Positions 56,109 through 64,000 of a stretch of DNA of 64,000 bases are shown in pieces; position 1 is the stretch's first letter; each line of letters starts with the position of its first letter. A program made the translations under genes and the position numbers. The notes beneath the pieces were generated by a model that saw nothing but the letters and a program-made list of their open reading frames with translations, did no database searches and was not told where the DNA came from. Source of the stretch: Chloropicon primus (Eukaryota); contig CP060769.1 of assembly GCA_023205875.1 (NCBI GenBank), forward strand, positions 434,001 through 498,000, written 5' to 3'.

Positions 56109-57574
56109 ATGACGGCGACGAGGATGGCGATGACGGTGGCTACGTCCTTGTGCAGTCTCGCCCTGGTTCTCCTGGCAACCGCAACGTCGGCGTCCGCGCT
56201 CAAGGTGGACTCCACTTTGCTGGAGAAGGCCAAGGAGGACCACGTGTGGTTGCTGTCCATTCGTCGTGAGCTTCACACCAAGCCAGAGCTGATGTACAAG
56301 GAGTACGAGACCTCGAAGGTGATTCAGCGGGAGTTGGAGAGCATCGGTATCCCCTTCGTCGCTGGCATCGGCGGGACGGGCGTCGTGGCGACGCTTGGGT
56401 CAGGAGAGGGTCCAGTGATTGGACTTCGGGCGGATATGGATGCCCTGCCTTTGGATGAGGAGAGCAGCGTGGAGTTCAAGAGCGAGAACGAGGGAAGGAT
56501 GCACGCATGTGGGCACGACATTCACGTCACCATGCTGCTGGGGGCCGCCAGGCTCCTCAAGAGGATGGAGAAGCAGGGGGAACTCGGTCGAGGTGAGTCA
56601 TCATCAATCAGCAACAACAACATCATCAACATATCACACAAAAAGACACAAAATCATTCTTTATTGGTGTCCCATGCCTCTTGCCACGTACCGTGCTAAT
56701 GCTGACCGGTCTTGCTGGCTCTTGCCTTGGGTGTTGATGGATTGGTGCAGGGACGATCAAGTTGTGCTTCCAGCCCGCGGAAGAAGGAGGAGCTGGGGCC
56801 TTGCACATGAGGAAGTACCTTGACGAGGCGGGTGTTCAGTTGAAGTCGATGTTTGGGTTTCATGTTTGGCCCAACTTGGCGACGGGCAAGGTCGCCACGA
56901 GGAGGGGCACCATTATGGCAAGTGCGGCCTTCTTCAAGTGCTTTTTCAAGGGGAAGGGAACGCATGGCGCGATGCCGCACTTGGGTACAGATCCGGTTGT
57001 CGCGGCCTCTGCGGCGATCCAAGCGCTCCAGACTCTCGTCTCGAGAACGAGCTCTCCGTTTGATTCGAGCGTTGTGTCTGTCACTCAGTTCAAGGCGGGC
57101 GAGGCTTTGAACGTCATCCCGGACAAGACAATGATCGGAGGAACGGTGAGGGCAATGACCGAGGAGACCATGAGGAATCTGATCGAGAGAGCCACGATGA
57201 TTATGGAGAGCATCGGCAAGGCTCACGGATGCGAAGTTGTTGTGGACTTCATGGAAAAGGATCACCCCGTCACTCCCCCTGTGGTGAACAGCAAGGCTTC
57301 CCACGAGCTCGTGAGCTCGGTGGGTAAGGCTCTGCTGGGGGAAGACAGCGTGATTGAGACAGAGCCGAGCATGGCCGCTGAGGACTTTTCCTACTACACA
57401 CAGAACAATGACGGTGCTTTCACGTTCCTGGGGATTCAAGGCGGCGCAGACGGGACTTTCCCTTTGCACCATCCCAAGTTCACTGCGGACGAGAACGTGC
57501 TCCCGATTGGGGTAGCCTTTCACACTGCTCTGGCCTTGTCAAGCCTAGGAGAAAACACAAAAAGTGAATTGTAA
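56109..57574 (+). CDS. M20D amidohydrolase, IAA-amino acid hydrolase ILR1-like; exons 56109-56592 and 56751-57574
   Basis: Signal peptide; RRELHTKPEL, GLRADMDALP, MHACGHD, FQPAEEG, GTHGAMPH, AEDFSYY, LHHPKF; C-terminal KSEL. Confidence 0.9.
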
Positions 57575-57593
57575 GCTGTATAATTACACAATT

Positions 57594-59801
57594 TTAAGCG
57601 AGTTCCAGGTGAACCTTGAGGATTTTCGTCTTCTTCAGGAACTTGCACTTTAGGGGCACATTTGTTTTCAAGTTGACATCCAGTTCAAGAAAATACTTTC
57701 CTTCCACGTCGCATATCACCTTGTTCTTGCTCAGCTGCAGATCAATCTCCTTCTGGTATTCAACAGATGGCAGTTTCACTTCGAGTTTTAGCCGCTTGCC
57801 TCCTTTAGAGCGCTCCGCTGTTTCCATGGTGTACTCGGGCTCAGGCACTGCGGGGGCGCTCGAGGTGGTCTGCTCCTCCTCCTGCTCCTCCTCCTTCTCC
57901 TCCTTCTTCTCCTCCTCCTTCGTCTCCTCCTTCGTCTCCTCCTTCGTCTCCTCCTTCGTCTCCTCCTCTGTATTGCTCAATCCTACTTCAAGGTGCGTCC
58001 CCGCACTACCCTCGCTAGTCGATGGACCTTCATCTTCTTCTTGCACCGCGTTTTCAGTCTGTTCCTTCCTTGCTTGAGCCCCCCCCTCGTCGACCTCAGC
58101 AGTTGCGGCAGAGGCATCACTGCCGGCTGCATCTGATTCCTTGGCCACCACCGTCCCTTTCGTGGTGTGGTCCTTGACGCTGTCCCTCTTGTACAAAAGC
58201 ATGTAGACGTTCTGAGAGAGCACAGTCCTCGTGCTCACTGGGGTGATGGAGCTGTCGTCGCACTTGTACCACTGGTCCCCTCGTTTCACGAAAGAAATAT
58301 AGTGCCCAGCCGATGAGAAGGGCGAGATGTGAACGATGACTGCATACAGAGAGTACTCCAAGTCTTCCGTATCCACCGCATCCTCTGCCATGTACGGCTC
58401 AAGATCAAGGCTTTCAGGGAAGGAGACTTGCGTGTTGATCTTCCCGAACCCATAGTACGAAAATCGCTTCAACGCGATCATGAGAACGTTTGGGCAAACC
58501 TCAAGCACGCTCCTCACCCTCGCGTCTCGTTTTTGCTTGCACGTGTCGCACTTGTACTGGTTCTCGCCACACAGCTCCTCCTCCTCTGTAAAGGCTTCCA
58601 GGGCCCCCTCCAGGGTCCTGATGCCGCGTGAGATCTGGAGCTCCAGCGTCAGGAATCCCTGGAAGGTCTTGGACACAAACCCGCAGTCGCACTCCACTTC
58701 CCCTCTGGTGTACCCCCCGAAAATTTGCCAGATCAAGGACGTCTCCTCGCTCCTCTCGTCGAGCTTCTTCTTTCCCTCGCTCGCAGCTGCCTCTTTGGCC
58801 ATGAGCGTCTGGATGGAATCGAGCCACTCCACCATGAAATCGTGGGCATCTTCCTGATCACCAAAGGTAAAGTGGCTTCCGATCTCCTCGATGTTTAGCA
58901 AGAATGAACGCGGCGAAAACACTTTCTTGTCACACCCGTAGTAGGACTGAACCAAGTCCTCCGTCTCGCAAAGTGGGCACCAGTCCCCCGCTTTGCTGCA
59001 CTCGCCAGAGTCGTTGTGGCTGAGACCCTGCAAGAAAAAGTTGGCAAAGGGCTCAATGTGCAAGAGGCACTGCGTGACTGAATTCGCGAAGCACGAATTC
59101 CCAACGTTCCTCAGGCCCACTGGAGAGGAAAGGCAGGCAAAGGAGTCCTCCCCAATCTCCTCGATGACCACGTCGTCGTTCTCGGTGTCGCTCGTGCTCC
59201 CCTCAACACCCTCGTAAAGGTCCTTGAACTTGGCAAATGGGAACAGAACTTTCTTTGGCTTTGCCAAGATATTGTCATCCCCCGCCGAGCTCGTTGACGC
59301 GTCCCCGTTGGCCACCGCGGAGGCGGATGAGCTCCTCCTCCTCAGCGGAGACGATCTCGCAGGGGAAGAACCGGCCGAGCTCACCCTGCAGATGTTCTTG
59401 TGGCCACCCTGCCAGTCAGCTCTCTGGCACTCTGTCGTGCAGTACCTCACAGCCTTGCAACGCGCGCACCTCCTCGTCGCCTTGGCGTTGCAATCGGGCC
59501 TGCTACACACATACTCGATCCGCCCGCTGCTCTCCAAGCCTGTGGAAGTCGAGCTCACGTTCCCACCCGGCTGGCTTCTAATGAGCTCGCCCTTGGCTCT
59601 CATCCCCATGGCTCTCCTCTTCGTAGTCCTCCGAACCCTTCTGTTCGTCCCAACTCTCCGCGTCCCCGTCCTCTTGGTTCCGAAGGTCCTGTTCAACAGC
59701 ACTAAAGCCACAACAAGAGACGACACGAGGCAGGACAAAAGCAATACAGGCAAAATAAAGCTCTCGCGACCTTTTGCCTTGTCCACAAGTATACTTATCA
59801 T
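57594..59801 (-). CDS. Ubiquitin-specific protease with TM helix and MYND finger (UBP15-19-like) plus a C-terminal CS-like domain
   Basis: CARCKAVRYCTTECQRADW...HKNIC; Cys box GLRNVGNSCFANS; QEDAHDF; His box GHYISFVK...WYKCDDS. Confidence 0.9.
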   Translation of the reverse strand: MISILVDKAKGRESFILPVLLLSCLVSSLVVALVLLNRTFGTKRTGTRRVGTNRRVRRTTKRRAMGMRAKGELIRSQPGGNVSSTSTGLESSGRIEYVCSRPDCNAKATRRCARCKAVRYCTTECQRADWQGGHKNICRVSSAGSSPARSSPLRRRSSSASAVANGDASTSSAGDDNILAKPKKVLFPFAKFKDLYEGVEGSTSDTENDDVVIEEIGEDSFACLSSPVGLRNVGNSCFANSVTQCLLHIEPFANFFLQGLSHNDSGECSKAGDWCPLCETEDLVQSYYGCDKKVFSPRSFLLNIEEIGSHFTFGDQEDAHDFMVEWLDSIQTLMAKEAAASEGKKKLDERSEETSLIWQIFGGYTRGEVECDCGFVSKTFQGFLTLELQISRGIRTLEGALEAFTEEEELCGENQYKCDTCKQKRDARVRSVLEVCPNVLMIALKRFSYYGFGKINTQVSFPESLDLEPYMAEDAVDTEDLEYSLYAVIVHISPFSSAGHYISFVKRGDQWYKCDDSSITPVSTRTVLSQNVYMLLYKRDSVKDHTTKGTVVAKESDAAGSDASAATAEVDEGGAQARKEQTENAVQEEDEGPSTSEGSAGTHLEVGLSNTEEETKEETKEETKEETKEEEKKEEKEEEQEEEQTTSSAPAVPEPEYTMETAERSKGGKRLKLEVKLPSVEYQKEIDLQLSKNKVICDVEGKYFLELDVNLKTNVPLKCKFLKKTKILKVHLELA

Positions 59802-61134
59802 ACCATATGTGGTGAATATTGTATGGAACAAAAATATCTCTCTCTGTCTCTCTGTCTTTCTGACAAAAGCACTGGATCACGATCCAGCCAAGCCTCCCTT
59901 CTGCCTCGTCCTCGCCGCTCTCCTCTTCCTCCCTCCTCTCTCTCTCTCTCTGTCTGTCTGTCTCCTTCAAGCAGAAGAGATACGAAACGTTCAGCCTTGT
60001 CAAAATCTCATCCCTCCGTTGTTTCTCTCGACAAAAGTATCATTCGAAAGAGGAAGAAACCCTCTCGCCGCAGGTAATGCCAGCACGCCTCGCCTCGCGA
60101 CGACACGCGTCCCAGACTCTTCCGAAAGAGACACCCTCGATCCACGGTATTGGCACTTCCCTCTTTGACACACTCCCTTTCGTCAAATCCTCATTCCAGC
60201 GTCGTTTCTCACGAGAAAACCATCATTCGAAAGAGGACGAGTCAAACTGTTCCCCTATAACGCTTTCGTTCCACACCCCTCGTCCGTACGTTCCACACCC
60301 TGCGCCGAAACAGCGCCACTCACCTCTGCCCCCCCGGAGGCGACGCTCTGGACTGATACTTTGGCCGACACCTCATAAAGCGTGTACTATCGCGTACATC
60401 GAATCGTGGATGAGATAACGTCACATACCGAAAATATCATCCCCAGGACAAGGAGGGCAAAAAGGTGGCGTCTTGGACATTAGGTGAGGCCACGAGTCAC
60501 ACACAGACACACAGACAACAGACAGGCAGACAGACACAGGTTGGAGGAGCCTTGGAGCTTTGTTGACACACCTTTAGGTCAGGATCTTGCCGTGCGTTAC
60601 GATTCTCTTTTGCGTAACGCGCTCGTGCTTGTGCTGAAGGACGGTTGTTGTTTGTTGGTCGTAGTAGTGGCGGTTGGGTTGAGGGAGTGGGAGGAGGGGA
60701 GTGTTGGTGTGCTGGTGTGGTGCGTGCCACGCGTTACTTTTTTAGGTGGGATAGTAACGGGTGGAGAAAGATTGTGACTTGGAGGGGTGAGGACAACGCG
60801 GGCGAAGGCTACGAGGTCGAGGAGGCACAAAGCAAGGGAGGCCAAGGGGTAGTGGGAGAGAGAGAGGTCGTAGTGGGCAATGGGCTCCTCCTTTGTCTTC
60901 ACGTCCGACTGACGAGGAGCAAGGGACACGGAATTGAAGAAAGGGCCTGGCAGGGAACGGGAGAGGGAAGAGAGAGAGGAGAGACTCTTTGAGGTTTGTG
61001 TTTGGTGGACGAGGCCCTTGCTGGTGGAGGACGCCACCCAGAGAGAGAGGGAGAGAGAGAGAAAGAGAGAGAGAGAAAGCGAGGGAGGTTGAGAGACCGC
61101 GAAGAGAGCAGGAACTTCAATCCCTGGAGAGACG

Positions 61135-61915
61135 ATGAACGTGACAGGGCAGATAGGAAAATTCGCGGCGAAGAGGCAAAGGGATGCCATTGCCCAAAGG
61201 ATGAAGGAAGGAATGAACTTCGGGAACTCGTCAAAGGTACTTGTTGGTCAAGCTCTTTCTTTCCCTTCCCTCTGCAGCGTCGCCACCGCCATGCGTGCTT
61301 TCCTCGTCTTGTACTGACTCTTCGAGTTTGGTGTCCTCTCTTCAGGTTGACTGGGAAGACTACAACTATCCACCGTTGTTGCAGATTATACATTTTAGCT
61401 TAGATGATATCGAGGACGCTCAAGCCAAGTCTGCGGTGCGTTGGGCGCACATGAGCTACAGATTCGTTTGCTTCACCCTGCTCTTCAACATCGCGGCGAC
61501 TTTGGTGTTGGTGAGCTCTGGAGCAAAGGGGAGTTTCCTCAACGTCCTGTACTCTATCTTCAACTTCATCATCGTCTCGCTCGTTGGTCTGTATTCGTTC
61601 TACAACGCGTACAAGGGGTTGGCCACAAACAACATGTCGATGAGTTTGAAGTACATCATGATTCAGTGCTTGACGATTGTGTTCATGGTCGTCTCCGTTT
61701 CGGCTTACGGGGCCAACTTCAACGGACTCGGGTCGCTCAAGAAGGCAAACAACGCGTCGTCGAAGATAAAGCAAATGTGGGTGGCTTGGGTTATCGTAGA
61801 GAGCATCATGTGGATCATCAACCTGTGCACGGGCATCTACAGTGCACTTAAGGTTCAGCAAAATAGGAGGGAAGGAAGGCCTACTGCCTTTCCCCTGACG
61901 GAGAATCCTACGTAG
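61135..61915 (+). CDS. SCAMP-like tetraspan membrane protein; exons 61135-61236 and 61346-61915
   Basis: NYPPLLQIIHFSLDDI followed by four hydrophobic helices, YKGL and FNG motifs; no NPF repeats. Confidence 0.7.
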
Positions 61916-62019
61916 ACTGCGCCGGAGGGGCTTTGGCGTGTGGGCAGGGGTAGTGTTGCCGAGAAGCGAAGGGCCTTCTTGCACGGAGTAATTATGATAT
62001 CACACACTCCGCTTGTCTA

Positions 62020-63382
62020 TTATTTAGTCTTTAGCTTACGTCTTAATCTAAGTTTCCAGATGCAAAGGAACAGTGCCGTGGCAACTCCAACGGTGATCCA
62101 AGACCACTTGACGAGCTGCGGCCACGGCTGGCTGAACAAGTCCTTCCCGAATTTGTAAATGATCAGGAATTCCAGGATGGTGCAGGACAGGAATATCCAT
62201 GTGAAGACGCCAAGCTTGTTCACTTGCTCCTTTCCAGTCTTCGTAATGAAGTAGTAGTACTCGTTCACCGCAGGGATCACCATGAAGAAAAACACGAAGA
62301 GCCTGTAGGTGTTCAGCATGTTTCTTGGTGGTATCCAAAGAACGTATTTCATGAAGAAAGCGTTGACCTCGCAGGCCAAGCACGCTGCCGCCAGGACCAG
62401 GCACTGAACGAAGCGCTTCGGGTTGCTCATCATGTTCCACTCGTATCGCTCCACCTTCTCTGGGGTGAACTGCAGGAAAAGGCGCTTCGCTTTCAGCAAA
62501 AACGTCGGCTGGTCGCTCACACCAACCCACTCGTTGCCATACGCTTCTCTCTTTTGGATCCAAAACAATCCAATCAGCATCCCCAAATTGTTGCAGAGGA
62601 CGACGTCCAGGATCCAGCTGTCCCACCAGCACTCGTTGAAGTTGGGAAGCATGTGGGCAAAGGTAAGCTCCATGAGTTCGAAACCTATCGACAGAAACAA
62701 GAGTATTTTCCAATCCCTGAACACCATCGCCTTGGCGACCCAGCCAAAGAGGTGAGCCAGGACGAACTCATCCAGTAGAGTGTCCATGATGTTCGCAATT
62801 TTGCTTCTCGGGTTCTCTGGAGTGAACACGCGGCAGTCGTTTCCATAAGCGCGTTCGTCCAGGGCGACTCCGAGCTCGTCGTACAGATACTTGAAGGACT
62901 GTCGCGCCTGTGTGAAAAGCGGGGGTGAAAACGCAGTGATCGAAAAGTGTCAGGCTTCAAGGCACACGGCTCAGCGAGCTGGGAAGCTGTCCTACCTGGT
63001 TGGCGTCCATGAACAGGATAAGAACAAGGAAGAGCATGTAGAGCAAGGTCACTCCGTGCACTATCTTCCACACTATGGGGTGCGGTCTTATCATGAAGGT
63101 GTGGGGCGCATAAAGGGCAGAGTACGCCAAAAAAGTGGCAATGATCGCCGCAACTCCTTGCTTCACCCTGGCTTCGGTGGAGAACTCCGTCTGATACAGT
63201 CCAAACGCGTCCGAGAAATAAGCAAGCAGGCAGAGCCCACAAGCCATGACCGTGACCGTTCTCGGCCTATAAAATATTTTGGCGAGAGGGTCGACATCCT
63301 CAATCAGAGGGTGGGCACCAGTTCCCAATCCCGTTCCCGTTCCCCTCCCTTCCCCTCCCTTCCCCGACCGAGTTCGCACCAT
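62020..63382 (-). CDS. PSS1: Phosphatidylserine synthase (base-exchange type); exons 63382-62996 and 62907-62020
   Basis: IRPHPIVWK, YGNDCRVFTPEN, DEFVLAHLFGW, FELMELTFAHMLPNFNECWWDSWILDVVLCN, NAFFMKYVLWIPP. Confidence 0.95.
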
Positions 63383-64000
63383 TCCTCTGCCCTATCCAAA
63401 ACCAAATCAATCCCAAAGCAAATAATCAATCGAACGCTCGGAAGTGATGCCAAGTCAAGCGAAACAATGCGAAGGACGGCAAGACGACTCAGGTAGCTCT
63501 CCGTCGAGCGCAGACCTAACGTCCCGGCCCAGTCGTAATGCTCGCTTCGTTCGTTCTGTTCACCACCAACCTCTTCTTCCCTCGCAGAACTCAAGTCACA
63601 CCGTCGTCCCTCGTTCTCCACGAACCCTGGCGCCAAATCCTTCAAGCGCGGTACCAATCCAAAGCTCGCGAGACGAAGCTTCGTTCTGACTCCCTCTCGA
63701 CGCCTGTTACCTTGGTCCTCGTCGCGCAATTCTTCGCCAAAGCGTTGATTCTCCTCTCCTCCTCGTTGGAGCCCCTCCCTCTCTCGGTTGATCTTGATCT
63801 GTCAAATTCAAGACGCGATCTTGGATTGGGGCGATGGCGGGATGGGCACAACTGATGCGGGTTTGACGACCAGGGGGATGGTCGGAGGGGAACAGTAGCG
63901 ACGTAGAGTGATACTACATCTTCAGGGCTTTCGATAGATACCTTGGTTGAAGGTTTTGGCGGCCGGAGTGAGGAGGGAGACCGTTATGACGGCTTGAACA

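Overview
This is gene-dense, GC-rich eukaryotic nuclear DNA. It holds about 30 protein genes with 0-2 short GT-AG introns (CTGAC/CTAAC-type branch points), TGTAA-type 3' signals and many (CT/GA)n microsatellites. The plastid-targeted proteins and the compact architecture suggest a picoplanktonic green alga, possibly Chloropicon-like (inference only). Recognisable genes include QCR6, a UPF0126/TRIC membrane protein, a GYF protein, HVA22/REEP, TFB4, BRX1, an RVE8-like MYB, ADF/cofilin, CFAP45, a rhodanese, TRX-m, a GT47-like glycosyltransferase, ERO1, PreP, a DNL zinc finger, an ECA Ca2+-ATPase, FtsHi, a pTAC5-like protein, VHA-c, an importin-beta, an ILR1-like hydrolase, a MYND-USP, a SCAMP-like protein and PSS. 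I found no tRNA, rRNA, CRISPR array or transposon. The main signals outside the ORFs are four. (1) An intronic box C/D snoRNA in BRX1 whose single guide fits both U6 Cm77 and a 25S/28S rRNA site (mgU6-77/SNORD10-like). (2) Back-to-back intron-like units with zero-length-exon AG|GT junctions upstream of the RVE clock gene, with similar sites upstream of HVA22 and TRX-m (candidate recursive splicing). (3) A strongly recurrent non-coding motif (GAT)CTTTCGAAAG in 5' regions. (4) A 135-bp duplicated element in a bidirectional promoter. All intron boundaries are manual predictions.
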